Shown: positions 49,600-62,061 of the stretch, piece after piece
Position numbering within the stretch: the stretch's first letter is position 1
How the letters are laid out: each line of letters begins with the position of its first letter
DNA from: Thecamonas trahens ATCC 50062
Lineage: Eukaryota > Protista > Apusomonadida
Length of the DNA stretch: 64,000 nucleotides
Assembly (NCBI RefSeq): GCF_000142905.1
Contig: NW_013657652.1
Span: forward strand, 62,001 to 126,000
Reading direction: 5' to 3'
Translations under genes and position numbers: made by a program
The notes under the pieces: model-generated
The model's database searches: none
What the model was told of the DNA's origin: nothing
The model's input: only the letters and a program-made list of their open reading frames with translations

Positions 49600-50829
49600 A
49601 TGGCAGTCAACGTGCTTGGGCTACCGCTGGTGAGCACGCTGCCGTACGTGTACCAGACGCCCGCGCTTGGAACAGGCGCGTACTCGGCGGTCTACCGCGG
49701 CAGCCTGGCCGAAACCACAGGGCACACGCCGCGGGTGGCTGGAGTCGGGCGCGATCTGCTCGCCGACGTGGCGCTCAAGGTGATCAAAAAGTCCGAGCTG
49801 GACGCCAAAGCGAGAGCCCGGCTGCGACACGAGGTCGAGCTGCACGGCTCGGTGGCCCACAGCTCTATCGTCCGCTTGCTGGACATGGTGGAGACGGCCG
49901 ACGAGGTCGTCCTCGTCCTGGAGCGGATGGACGGCGGCGAGCTGTTTGACCGCATCGTGGCCATGCGCTCTTTCTGTGAGGCCGATGCCGCAGCTATCAT
50001 GAAAAAGATCGTGGTGGGCGTGGCGCATTTGCACGCTGTGGGCATTGCGCACCGCGACCTCAAGCCTGAGAACATCCTCCTCGCTACCGACGACTTGGCC
50101 TCTGTCCGCATCGCCGACTTTGGCCTGGCCAAGCGCATCGGCGACGACGGCAACCTGCTGACCCCGTGCGGAACGCCGGGCTATCTCGCGCCAGAAGTCG
50201 CCTCGCTCTCGGCCTACGACCTCTCCGTCGACATGTGGTCGCTCGGCGTCGTCCTCTACACCATGCTCGCCGGCTTTCCGCCCTTCTACTCCACCTCGAC
50301 CCGCAAACTGCTCAAGAAGATCAAGCGCGGCCGCTTTAACTTTCCTTCGCCCTACTGGGACGGCATCTCGGACGCCGCAAAGAACCTCGTCTGCGGCTTG
50401 CTCAACGTCGACGTCACGGCCCGCCTCTCCGCCGCAGAAGCCCTGGCCCACCCCTGGCTCGCGCCCAAGCTCCCGTCGCCCATCGCCCAGCCGCTGGCCG
50501 CCGACGCCGACGCGGAAAGTCAGCTTCCTTCGCCCCAGAACATGCGCGTCTGGTCCGCCCGCTCCGCCCGCGAAGGTGTCCAGGAGGTCAACGTCGCCCT
50601 CGCCATCGCCATCGACGCCCAGCGCGACGACTCAGCCGGCGGCGGCCTCGCCCTCTCAAACTCCTCGCTCTACAACCGCCGCAAGCGCGGGCTGCCGCAG
50701 CTCGCCCTCCCGTCGGCCACTGCCGCCGCTGCCGCCGCTGCCGCCGCCGTCACCAACTCAGCCGCCGCCTCCTCCTCCTCGCCGTCCGGAAACGACAGCC
50801 TCGACATCGACGGTGATGGCAATGACGAC

Positions 50830-50867
<38 letters not shown>

Positions 50868-50895
50868 GATCTCCTCCCTCATCCAACCTCTGTAG
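49600..50895 (+). CDS. CaMK-group Ser/Thr protein kinase (CaMKI-like)
   Basis: GTGAYS, VALK, GGELFDRIV, HRDLKPEN, DFG, TPCGTPGYLAPE, DMWSLG, GFPPFY; poly-Asp tail encoded by (GAT)n. Confidence 0.93.
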
Positions 50896-51011
50896 CTAAT
50901 CCTAAACCTGAATCTCCTCGCCCGGCTGCGCACTGTGCACAACCTGCATTCGTGTCCGCGAGCACAAACACCCCTCCCTTCCCCTGGTCCGGACTCTCCC
51001 CCTCTCCATCC

Positions 51012-52548
51012 ATGGAAGCGCCCAAGTCAGAAGAATGGGCTACAAAACCACAAATCCGTGACCATGTCATGGCCACCTTTGCCGCCACCCCGTCATTCAT
51101 GTTCTACATCGCAAAGGTACCTAAGCAAGCCCCCTTCCCCTCCCCCCCCCCCCCCGCCACACGTCCCCGCACACGCCCCGTGATCGATCACAAGCGCGAG
51201 TTGTCCTCTGCGGACCCCCCATCCGCACACGCCCGCACACACATGCAAAAGTCCCCACCCAAGGCCACCTTCTCCCCTCCCCGACGCACGACTTTTCCCT
51301 CTGTTGATAGCCGTGTGCTACAGCTCTGCGCCCAGGGTGTGTTGCGGAACGACCCCCCCCTCCCCCCCCCAACATGCGCGTCGCATTTGACGACCTTGTT
51401 CTCACCCTCCTCCTCACCCGTATGCCCTGCCGTTCCAGTCGACAAACGACAACATTGTGTGCTACCAGGCAGACATAGAGCCTCAGCTGGGGCCTGATAG
51501 GCGGGCCGTGTGGCGGAACGACGATGCGCCGGTGGCGGTCTTTTGGCAGCTCATCGACGAGGCGACCATGGTGGAGCGGTCGGCTAAGGGCAAGGACGAT
51601 GTGACGTCCGAGCTGACGTATGTGCAGCGCAAGATGGCATATGGGTGCACAACTTTGCGGATTACGGAGGAGGACGTGTTGACCCAGCTGCGACGGATTG
51701 TGGCGTGCAACGCAGAGCTCATCGAAGTCCACCAGCTCCAGCTGGTCGCGCTTCCGGACAAGATGCTGCTGATGGTGGTGTACGAGGATCCTGCCATCGA
51801 CTCGGTCGCGGCCGCCGCCGTGACGGTCATTGACGGCGAACTTGCGCTTCTCTCGCGGGTCTTTGTCAAGGTGGTGCCAGGCAAGTGGATCTCGGCCTGG
51901 CCAAAGGTGACGTACGCGCTTGTCGACGGCGTATCGTTTGTCTCGGGCGCACGAGTCCACGAGATGCTCCCTGCTGACGGCAGCGGCTCCAAAAAAGACA
52001 AAAAGGCTGCCGCCAAGGCCGCCAAGGCTTCCCGCGGCGCATCTGCAGTCCTCGCTGTCCTGCAGGCAGCTCTGCCGCCGGTCGAGCTGCATCACGGTGC
52101 GCTCCTCGGCGCATCGCTGGACACCCCGCCCATCGTGGTCCCGGACGCCTCACTGCGGCAGATGGTGGAACCCAAGGCCTCGCCGCTGGTCAAGGCTCTT
52201 GCGTCCATTCCAACCGAGTCGGGCTCGGCGCCTTCGCCGCTCGGCCGCATCCGCAGGCGCAAGCGGCGCTCCAAGTCGCGCGCAGCCAACAAGTCGAGCG
52301 CCACAACCAGCCCGCGCACCGCCGCCCCTGCCCGCCGCAAAATTGTGCTCTCCGAATCGCTCGAATGGTCCGACGACGATGACGGTGCCGATGCCGCGTC
52401 CGGCCCTGCCTTTCCCTCGCTCGAGCCCGAGACTCGCCGTAGCCATTCCGCCGCCACCGCCGATCCGGATAGTGACCCCGACCCCGACTCGGAGGTCTTT
52501 GTCACCGCCGACGACGGCTGCGGCGGCTGGCCGGACCTGGAGCTTTGA
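51012..52548 (+). CDS. Hypothetical protein; exon 1 51012-51116, exon 2 51469-52548
   Basis: Phase-0 intron AAG|GTACCT…TACCAG|GCA; gene-like codon usage; no recognised domain. Confidence 0.6.
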
Positions 52549-53265
52549 TGCCTCCAGTTTTGGCACTAGGCGACTCGACAGCCGCTCCACTGAGTGTGTG
52601 ACTGACGCTTGCCTGCATTGCGAGTGCGACGGCTCTGCACTGACCCACACTCTTCTCCGCTGGAGGTACGTAGTCAGTGTGGACATCCGCGACGGGCGCA
52701 GAAGAGCGCGTAAGCGCACGCAGCTATCAAGCATGATTGAAGGCGCATTGCGCGCAAGTTGGCGGATGCGCCGCGCATGACGCCCGTCTGGTGCAGCGCG
52801 GGCTGGAGCAGGTAGAGTATTGTGGAACACGGCCTCGTTTGGGCACGCGCGTTCCAAGCCGAGCTGCGCTGGAGACACGACACGATGCGGGCGTGTGCAG
52901 TGAAGAGGGAGAGCGGAGAGTGACGCGGGGGGTGTTACATGCAGTGCTACATCGCCCTGGCTGGGTGGCGGCCCTGCAGGGGCTCTGCTTCGCCTCCGCG
53001 ACCTGGCTATGGGTGCCTTCTAGGAACACATCCGCTTGTCGTCAGCAGAGCATGCCAATATGGGGGCACCGAACTATTTTGCGGGTTTTTTTGCCCGCAC
53101 GGAACAAGGGCATGCATCAATGTTCTTGTTCTGTTCTGTTCTGTTCTATTCTGCCGTGACATGCGCTTCCTCCCCACGTGGTCAACTCACCCCTACCTGT
53201 CAAGCTCGCAGAAGGCACAAGCAAAGACGGATACGAAGTCCGCTTCACAAACAACCGCGACCGCC

Positions 53266-54894
53266 ATGGCGAGTCTCTCTGCAGAACGGCATGAGCATGG
53301 AAGCTCTGTCATCGACTACGAGTTTCTTGCGCCGGCCAACACCAATCTCTCCAAGTTTAACCTCGATGAGCTGCTCGCAGGCATGAACGAGGCCACTGCC
53401 AAGTTTGCCATTCCGCTCGACAATGACGGCAAGCTCCGCTGCGTCTACAATCACTGCCAGAGGCGGTTCGACGTCACGTCCGATGCGGTCAAGGAGGCCG
53501 CCGGCATCGTCGTCCTCGCCCCGCACATTCTCGCCCACTTTCGCGACCACGCCGCCGCCGGCGGCTCGCTCCTGTACTGGAACATCAAGCGGCTGAAGAC
53601 CAAGCGGGTGTACGTTATGCCCAAGTTGCTCAAACGCAAACGTGAGCCGGTTATGCCGCCGCCGCCGCGCCTGGTCTCCGCGCCGTCGCCGGCGCTCTCG
53701 ACCGCCGCCATCAAGTCGTCGGCCTCGCGCCCGGCGTCATCGCGGAGCAAGGCGTACCGCTCGCCGTCGCGGACTTTGGCCGAGAGCGCAAGCTCGGCCG
53801 GCGGGCACCGCCGGTCCACCACCCTGCCCAAGTACGTCGACGTGCCGGCGAGCAAGGTGCCGGAAGCATTGGCCGTTATCGCCGCCCACCAGGACACTCT
53901 CACCTCGACCGTCCGCCAGATCCCATTCACCAGCGCTGACGGTTCCATCGCGTACTACGCGGCTATCAAGACCCGCGCCGGCAAGTACTACTGCCTCCAC
54001 CCCTCGTGCTCGGCTTCGATCTCACCCAACAACCTCAAAAAGCATATGGGCGTCCACCGGCGCAACGACTGCGGCGGCGCGGTCCCGGTGCCAGACTCGT
54101 CGTTTGACGTTGTCGGCCCGCCGCTGCCCAAGCTCCGCTCCGGCGCTGACCTCCCGCCGTCAAAGCGCCACCACGGCCTCTCCGCAGACGCGCGTCGCCC
54201 GCCGCTGCGCGCCCTCTCGCCAGCGGCCCGCGCCACCCTGGACAGCTCCGCCGCAGCCGGCAAGTACGCCTGCCCGCTTTCTGCGTGCTCCGTCATCTCG
54301 CCCACCCGCTCGTCTTTTGTGGCCCACATCGGGACCCACCACGACATCGAGGTGGCAAAGCCGTCTGCGCGCCGCCGCCTAGCTCACGCCACGGTTGGCG
54401 GTGCCCAGGCTGGACCAGAGGCTGAGGCTGAGGCCAGCGCATCCGCGCCCGTGCCCATGAACGTCGCCGCCCCTCCTCCGCCGTCGCACACGGCCGTCTG
54501 GGGCACCGCCGCCTCGTCATCGCCGCCATCGGCCTCGACTCTCCCGGCCGTCGCGCGCTCGTCGAAATCGCCGACGCCCGAACTGCGCGCAGCCACAGCT
54601 ACCTCGCCGCCGCATCCCCCCGCCAAGCCCTCTCCCTCGGTTCTGGTTGCGGCTCCGCCGGCCCATGCCCGCGCCCGCTCCAAGGCCCGCCACTCGCCCG
54701 TTGGCAGCGCCCACATCCTGCCCATGCCGACCCCGTCGTCGCCGCTCCCGCTCTCGCGCACTTCCTCGCCCACCATCGAGGAGGCACGCAGGCGCATTCC
54801 GCACTCCGACTCGATTGCCTCGCCAATGCAGGGCAAGCCGGCGTCGGACTCTCCCTCGGGCTCGATGCCGCGGCTTGCACCCCGCATCGGATGA
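53266..54894 (+). CDS. C2H2 zinc-finger protein
   Basis: YYCLHPSC…LKKHMGVH and YACPLSAC…FVAHIGTHH; Pro/Ser-rich tail; ATG in ccgccATGg context. Confidence 0.75.
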   Translation: MASLSAERHEHGSSVIDYEFLAPANTNLSKFNLDELLAGMNEATAKFAIPLDNDGKLRCVYNHCQRRFDVTSDAVKEAAGIVVLAPHILAHFRDHAAAGGSLLYWNIKRLKTKRVYVMPKLLKRKREPVMPPPPRLVSAPSPALSTAAIKSSASRPASSRSKAYRSPSRTLAESASSAGGHRRSTTLPKYVDVPASKVPEALAVIAAHQDTLTSTVRQIPFTSADGSIAYYAAIKTRAGKYYCLHPSCSASISPNNLKKHMGVHRRNDCGGAVPVPDSSFDVVGPPLPKLRSGADLPPSKRHHGLSADARRPPLRALSPAARATLDSSAAAGKYACPLSACSVISPTRSSFVAHIGTHHDIEVAKPSARRRLAHATVGGAQAGPEAEAEASASAPVPMNVAAPPPPSHTAVWGTAASSSPPSASTLPAVARSSKSPTPELRAATATSPPHPPAKPSPSVLVAAPPAHARARSKARHSPVGSAHILPMPTPSSPLPLSRTSSPTIEEARRRIPHSDSIASPMQGKPASDSPSGSMPRLAPRIG

Positions 54895-54971
54895 CCCGTT
54901 TCTGTGTCCCCTCCCCTCCCCACTCGCACATATACTCTTTCATGTTTGATTCGTCATCCGCCTCCGCTCCC

Positions 54972-55793
54972 TCACTTGGCCGCGCTCCCCACCTCTTGCA
55001 GCATCTGCTGGATGCTCGCGATGTTCTCCTGCATCTCGTCGACCGTGTTCGACGTCAGGGTCTCCTTGCGGACGTTCGGATACAGCTCGTACGCGTCCTG
55101 CAGGACGACCTGGAAGATTTCGGCCTGCATGTTCTCCGTCACCTTCTTCTTGCTGTAGCCACGAGCCTCCAGCCGCGGGAACAGCGAGTTGGTCTCGGCC
55201 ACCAGAACCACCACAAGATCGAACCACCGCTCCGGAAAGTAGTCGCACGACGCATAGTCCAGAATGACCCCACCCTCGCCCATCGCAGCCTCGATCGAGT
55301 CGCATGCATCCGCCAGGTTCTCCTCAGTAACGTCATGGGTATCAAACTCGGCATTGTACCCGGCGTTGAAGCCTCTGCAACCGCACACAGCACCAGCACC
55401 GAGCACAGCACCAAACACCAGTCCGAGCACAGCCACACGAACAGTACAGCACCAAGCAAACAGCCCCGAGTACACCGCACCAACCCCATCGCAGCCCATG
55501 TGAGCAAAAGCCTTTTCCAGCATCAACCATCGCACCTTCATACCATCCATGCCACCCTCATCACCATTGCCTTCCCCTCTCCCGCCCCTCCCCTCCGGTT
55601 CGACCTCCATCCTTCCCATCCCGCCCCATCACCGGTCCTTCCCCACCCAGCCGACAACGTACCCCTCGAGAAGGATTGAGCCAAAGTTGATGTGCTTCAT
55701 GCCGGCCTCCTCGGCAAGCAGCTCACACATGGTGGTCTTGCCCACTCCGGGCGTTCCCGTCACAAGCACGTTCGGTCGGCTGCGCTGGCTCAT
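54972..55793 (-). CDS. AK6: Adenylate kinase 6 / Fap7 / CINAP, 177 aa; exon 1 55663-55793, exon 2 54972-55374
   Basis: PNVLVTGTPGVGKTT; FPERWFDLVVVL; RLEARGYSKKKVTENMQAEIFQV; phase-2 intron GTACGT…TTGCAG. Confidence 0.93.
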
Positions 55794-55948
55794 GTCCCTT
55801 CGACGGTGTCAAGTGGCGCCGCCGCACGGCCTTTTCCTCAAAACGGCCATTCGAGCCACTTTGATCACCATCGCGATCGCCGCCATCTCCCCCACACACC
55901 CTCACCTCGGCGACAGCCACACCCCACACCGTGACCCACACAGAGACA

Positions 55949-57277
55949 ATGAGTCTCGTGGCTGCGGAGAAGATTCCGCAGGGAGCGGTGGGAGCGCCAG
56001 AAGGTGTGGTCGACGCCCGTGGGCCCGAGGCTACACCGGGAGAAGCCGACGTCCTCGCCCGCGACATGGCCATTCTCCCTGCCAACTACAACTTTGAGGT
56101 CGGCAAGACCATCGCCCGGATCCGCGAACTGGGCGCAGGCAGGGTGGCGCTACAGATGCCCGAGGGGCTGCTGATGTACGCCTGCCTCATTGGCGATATT
56201 CTGGAGAAGCACACCGGAGCCGACGTGGTGGTCATGGGCGACGTGACCTACGGCGCGTGCTGCGTCGACGACTACACCGCCCGCGCCCTCGGCGCAGAGC
56301 TCCTGGTCCACTACGGCCACTCGTGCCTCGTCCCCATCTCGTCGACCTCGATTCCGGTCCTCTACGTCTTTGTCTCCATCGGCATTAACGTCGACCACTT
56401 TGTGGCCACCGTCGTCGCCAACTTTGCCCCGTCGGCCAAGCTCGCGCTCGTTGCCACCATCCAGTTTGTTTCCTCGCTCAAGGCCGCCGTCGTGGCCCTT
56501 CAGGACATCCACGGCTTTAGTCAGCTCTTTGTCCCGCAGGCCAAGCCGCTCTCCCCCGGCGAGATTCTCGGCTGCACCTCGCCCAAGCTTGCTACCGACG
56601 TCGAGGGCATCGTCTACCTCGCCGATGGGCGCTTCCACCTCGAGTCGATCATGATTGCCAACCCGACGCTTCCGGCCTACCAGTACGACCCGTTCACCAA
56701 GCGCATCACCGCCGAGTCGTATGCCCACGGCGACATGATGGCCGTCCGGCAGTCGGCCATCGCCGCCGCCGCCAACGCTCAGGTCTACGGCCTCATTCTC
56801 GGCACCCTCGGCCGCCAGGGCTCGCCGGCCATTCTCGACTACCTCAAGGGCCTTCTCACCGGAGCAGGCAAGACCTTTGTTGTCCTTCTCCTCTCAGAGA
56901 TCTTCCCCGACAAGCTTGCGTCCATGTCTGCCGTCGGCGCCTGGATCCAGGTTGCCTGCCCGCGCCTCTCCATCGACTGGGGCGAGGCCTTTACTGCCGC
57001 CCCGCTGCTCAACCCGTACGAGGCCGCCGTCGCCCTTGGCGCCACGGCGTGGAAGCCCAACTACCCCATGGACTACTACGCAGAGCTGCCATCGGGGCCG
57101 TGGGCAAACTACTACGACGCCGACGCCGCAAAGGCCTCGGCACTCTCGCCCGAGGCTGCTGCTGCCAAGGCCGCCCGCCGCGCAAAGCGCAAGGCCGCCA
57201 TGGCCGCCCGTCGCGCAAAGCTACTTGCTCGCAAGCAGAAGCAGAAGCAGAAGGAGGAGAAACAGGCGTCGACGTAA
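55949..57277 (+). CDS. DPH1: Diphthamide biosynthesis protein 1 (2-(3-amino-3-carboxypropyl)histidine synthase subunit 1)
   Basis: [82 protein letters not shown]. Confidence 0.97.
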   Translation: MSLVAAEKIPQGAVGAPEGVVDARGPEATPGEADVLARDMAILPANYNFEVGKTIARIRELGAGRVALQMPEGLLMYACLIGDILEKHTGADVVVMGDVTYGACCVDDYTARALGAELLVHYGHSCLVPISSTSIPVLYVFVSIGINVDHFVATVVANFAPSAKLALVATIQFVSSLKAAVVALQDIHGFSQLFVPQAKPLSPGEILGCTSPKLATDVEGIVYLADGRFHLESIMIANPTLPAYQYDPFTKRITAESYAHGDMMAVRQSAIAAAANAQVYGLILGTLGRQGSPAILDYLKGLLTGAGKTFVVLLLSEIFPDKLASMSAVGAWIQVACPRLSIDWGEAFTAAPLLNPYEAAVALGATAWKPNYPMDYYAELPSGPWANYYDADAAKASALSPEAAAAKAARRAKRKAAMAARRAKLLARKQKQKQKEEKQAST

Positions 57278-57345
57278 CGCACATGTAAATCAAGGCGGCT
57301 TTGCTCTCTCGCCCTTGCTGCCTTTGCTCATTGGCTGCAGCGCTC

Positions 57346-60300
57346 CTACATCACCACACACTCTTCCTTCTTGCCGCGCTCAAACAGGTCCTTGTCCTGC
57401 TTCCTGCCACCGCCGCGCTTCAGCGCCTCGGCGTGCTCGCGCTCGATCCGGTCGCGCTCCTCAAACGACCGCGCCACGCGCTTCTTGCGCTCCTGCGCCG
57501 GGTGACGGTACGTCCGCACCTGCGTCTTGCGGTGGTAGAAGAAGACGCGGCCCTTGACGTCGTGGCCCATCCGCCAGTACCGCGGCAAGTCCTTGCCGTG
57601 TGCGTCGAACTTGGACAGCTTCTCCACCCTTGCCTCAGCCAGCTCGGGCGGCACGGCTCGCAGCTTTTCGATCTCGCCTTGTCGAACCTGCTCGTCCGAC
57701 GAGATCGTACCGCTCGAGACCGACGAAGACGACGACGAAGACGACGACGAAGACGACGACGAAGACGACGACGAAGACGACGACGACGATGAAGAAGACG
57801 ACAACACGACCGACGACGATGACGACGACGAGGAGGAAGCGTCCGGCGGCGGCGGTGGGGCATCCGCCACACCGCCTGCCTTGCTCTCGCTCAGCCCACC
57901 CCTCTTGTCCACCACTTTGCGCTTCCGCCGTTTCTTGCCCTTCCCCTTGCCCTTGCCCGACTCGACCACAGGCGGCGGCGGCGGCCCATCATCCGAGTCC
58001 AAGACGCCGCTCGCCTTTGACTTGCCCTTGCTCTTGCCCTTGCCCTTTCCTTTGCCCTTGTGCGCTGGTGCCTCGGGCGCCGCAGCTTCATCGCTCTCGG
58101 AGCTCTCCATCACAGCCTTGGCCTTGGCCTTGGTCCGGGTCTTCTCCTTGGCCTCGGCCTTGGCCCTGGCCTTGGCTTCCGCCGTGGCCTTGGCCTTGGC
58201 TTCCGCCTTGGCCTTGGCCTTCTTTTGGTCTTGGCCTTGGCCACCTTAGCGGCGGCGGCTCGGCGGGTAAACGAGTCATTGGATGCCTCGTCATCCGACT
58301 CGCTGTCGGCAGGCGGCAACGGTGGTGACGGCCCGTCGTCCGATTCAGATGAGAACGCAGGCTTGTCAGTGACGCCACCTGACTTGCGCGCTGGCTTCGC
58401 CACATCCTTGGTTTGGGCCTTGGCTTTGACCTTGGCCTTGGCCTTGGCCACAGGCTTGCGCTTACCGGTCCGCACCCGCTTCTTCACCATCCGGTGCTTC
58501 TTCTTGCGGACTTTGACGGTCTTGGGTCCGCTCGAGGGCGTCGCCTTGGCCGAGAACGGGTCCCACTCGTCGTCCGACTGCGCAAACAGGTCATCATCGC
58601 CGCCGTCAGCAAAGACCGAGCCTCCAAACGCGCTCGCGCCAAACGGATCAAACAGCGATGAGTTGCCGTCCGGCACCGCTCCACCCACAGTCTCCTCCAC
58701 TTCAGAGTAGAACGACTCCTGAGTGTACTCGCTGGCGTATTCGTACGAGCCCAGCTCGTCGGATCCCGCCGCGCCCACATACGTCCCGTCCGCCCCCGAG
58801 TCCAAGGTCGGCCCCGGCCCCGAGCCCGAGTCCGAGCCCGAGAGTGGATGCGGCGACTTGGGCGGCGGCGGTGGTGGCGAAGACGACGACGATGACAACG
58901 CCACCGGCGCAGCGCCCGGTGACAGCGAGTCCGAGCCGGGATCCTCACGGAGCCCAGCTTTCTCCTTGCCCTTGCCCTTACCCTTACCCTTGCCCTTGCC
59001 CTTGCCCTTGCCCATTTTCGACCGCGCCTTCTTCGACCGCGCCTTCTTGGACTTGGACCGCGCCCTGTCCGAGCTGCTGACACTCGAGCTCGAGCTCGAG
59101 CTGGAGCCACTGCTCGAGCTGCTCGAGTCGGTCGAGCTTGAGCTTCCATGCCGCCCGCGCCGCCGGCCCTTGCGTCTGCGCCTGCGCCCACGCCCGCGGT
59201 TCCGCTCGCTGTGTCCGCGCCGACGTCGTCGCCCGACATCGACGTCAACGTCGACTGGCGAGAGCGTGCCGTCGGCCCGGGCCTTGGCCCGCGCAGCCTC
59301 GACCCGCGCCCGCAGCGCCTCGCGCTTCTTTTTCCGCTCGAGCTCGATGCGCTCAGCCTGGTCCGACATCCGCTTCAGCACCCCGCCCGAGCCAACCGCC
59401 ATGTTCCGCTCGCCACCAAACCGCAGCGCAATGGGTGCGGTGACACCGTCATTGTAGAAGCCATCGCCCTCGGCCTCGTCGTCCATGACGGAAAAGGCCT
59501 TGCTCCGTCGGGCCCGCCGCGACCGCCGCGACGACCGGCCCCCGTCTTCCAGCTCGGCCTCGAGCTCGCGTCGCAGCGAACGCTCAGCCTCGAGCTCGGC
59601 CTCAATGGCCTCAAGCTCGAGCTCCTTGGCAGACTTGGCAGACTGGACTACCTCGGCAGCGGTGCTGAGGTCGTGCACCAGGTCGTGCACCAGGCCTTCC
59701 AGCTGCTTGACCCGTGCAGAGTCCTCCGGCATGGTTGGCAGGTGCGCGAGCACCTCGGGCGGCGGCGGCGGCGGCCCGTCGTCGTCATCCACGACAAGCA
59801 TCTCCGGTGGCGGCGGATGCAGATCGTCCGACAACGGCGGCAACCCGCTCACCACCGGCATAGGAATGACTGGCCGCACAGGCGGGAGCGACCCACCGAC
59901 CACAGCCATTGCGTCCGGGCGCACAACCACCGCGGGCAGGATCAAAGGCATCATGCCTCCACCACCGCCCGCCACATACCGCCGCGAGCTTCCCCGCCGT
60001 CCGCGCGGCGAGCCCGAGTCAGAGTACGAGTACGACGCTCGCCGAGACCGGCGCGACCGACGCCCAGAACGCGAGGAACGGCCCGACCGCCCAGAACGGC
60101 TCGACCGCCCAAAACGCCCAGAACGCCCAGAACGCCCAGAGCGCCTGCTCCGGCTGCTACGCCCGCTTCGGCTGCTGCGCTCGCGCCGCTCGCTCGGGCG
60201 CACATCGTCACGCTGGCCGCTTCGCGAGCTCCGCGAGGTGGCATGGTCGCGGCCACGCTCTTGCGAAGCCGAAATTGGCTCCTGAGCCGGCATCCGGCCC

Positions 60301-60563
60301 GAGCCCGAGCCCGAGCCCGACCCGCTCCGCGAGTCGGACACGTCTGCCCGTGCCGGGACCGACTTGACGTCAACCTCATCGTTGAACCGCACCGACCGCG
60401 CGCCGGCATCAACCGAGGTGTCGCCGTCAGTGGTGAACAGGTCGTCGCCGCCGTCGGACTTGTCCGAGCCGGTCTCGACAGCGCCGTCAGTTGCTCCGCC
60501 GCGCTGCAGCTCAGATCTTGGCTCAGGCTCGGGCTCAGGCTCGGGTTCAGACTCGGGCTCGGG

Positions 60564-60595
<32 letters not shown>

Positions 60596-62011
60596 TGGCG
60601 GCCTTGGTCACCGGCGCGCCAAAGACCGATGAGCCGCCCCACGGATCGTCGCCTCCGGCACCAAAGATGTCGTCGTCGTCGTCGTCAGCAAAGCCAGCAA
60701 AGTTGGAAAACGCCGGCGCCGCCGGCTTGGGCTTGGACTTGGCCGCCCCAGGTGCGCCGAACATCGAGCTGGCGTCGGCGCCGCCGCCGAGTGAGGCAAA
60801 CGCCGCAAATGGATCGCCACCCAGATCGTCATCGTTATCCATAAAGCCGGAAAACGCACCCGGCGGCGGCGTCGCTCCATGAGCTGGCGTCCGCGTCGCA
60901 GGCTTCTTCTTGGTACTCTTCTTGACAGACTTTTTCTTCTTGACAGACTTTTTGCCGCTCTTCTTGGTCGACTTTTTGCCGCCCTTCTTCTTGGTCGACT
61001 TCTTTTTGCTCGCCTTGGCTTCGGGCTGAGGTTCAGCCTTGGCCTCGGCCGGTGCACTAGCAAACAGCGACGTATCGTCGTCGTCACCGTCGCCGAACAG
61101 CGTCGACTTGCCAGTCGAGCCAAACATGTCCTCATCGTCGGCTGCAGACTTGCCTGTCTTGGTCTTGGTCTTGGTCTTGGTCTTGGTCTTGGTCTTGGTC
61201 TTAGCCTTGGCTGACGCCTTGCCGCCGCCAAACAGGTCATCGTCGTCTTCTTCGTCCCCGCCAAACATTGACGCAGCCGCGGTTGGAGTCGCTGAACTCT
61301 TGCTCGTCTTGGCCTTGCCGCCACCAAACAGCACGTCGTCGTCATCGTCGTCATCTCCGCCAAACATCGATGCAGCCGCACTCGCGGTACTTCTGCTCGT
61401 CTTGGTCTTGGTCTTGGCCTCGGTCTTGGTCTTGGTCTTTGCGCTCGACGCACCATCTGAGGCGTTTGCCGACTTTGCAGCTGCACCCTTCTTGGTCGAC
61501 GTTTTGCCCTTGCCGCCCTTCTTGGTCGACTTCTTCCCGCCCTTGCCACCCTTCTTCTTGGTCGACTTCTTGCCCTTCTTCTTTCCGCCTCCGCCTCCGC
61601 CTCCGCCTCCGCCACTGAGCGGATCATTGAGCGGATCGCTGAGCGGATCATTGAGCGGATCATCATCAACCTTGACCTTGCTCACCTTTGCACTCTTCCC
61701 ACCTCCTCCCGCCTTGCCAGTGGAAGCAGCGCCCGAGGAGCCCATCGAAGCCGCCGCACCGCCCGTCTTGGCCTTGGTCTTGGCACCACCTGAGCTCGCC
61801 GTTTTGCTCTTACTTCCACCGGAGAACAGCGCTACCCCCACCACCACACACACACACGCACATACCCCACCAGCCCTTTCATGAGTACCTCCTCTTCTCA
61901 CGCCCCCCGGCATGCGCGTGACACAGGCTCACACCCGTCCACCAGCCGTCGGCCCTCGGAGCGAATTTTCCCTCAAGTCACGCAGCCGACACAGGGCACC
62001 CGGCACACACA

Positions 62012-62061
<50 letters not shown>

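Noticed and set aside
52549-53265. Possible ncRNA or small gene in the ~700-bp intergenic region
   Set aside because: I recognised no tRNA/snRNA motif or convincing ORF, only a short (GTTCT)n run.
408-60885. Numerous long overlapping Arg/Pro/Ser-rich alternative-frame ORFs
   Set aside because: Expected by-products of high GC and biased codon usage; none has a recognisable domain except the frameshift continuations noted above.
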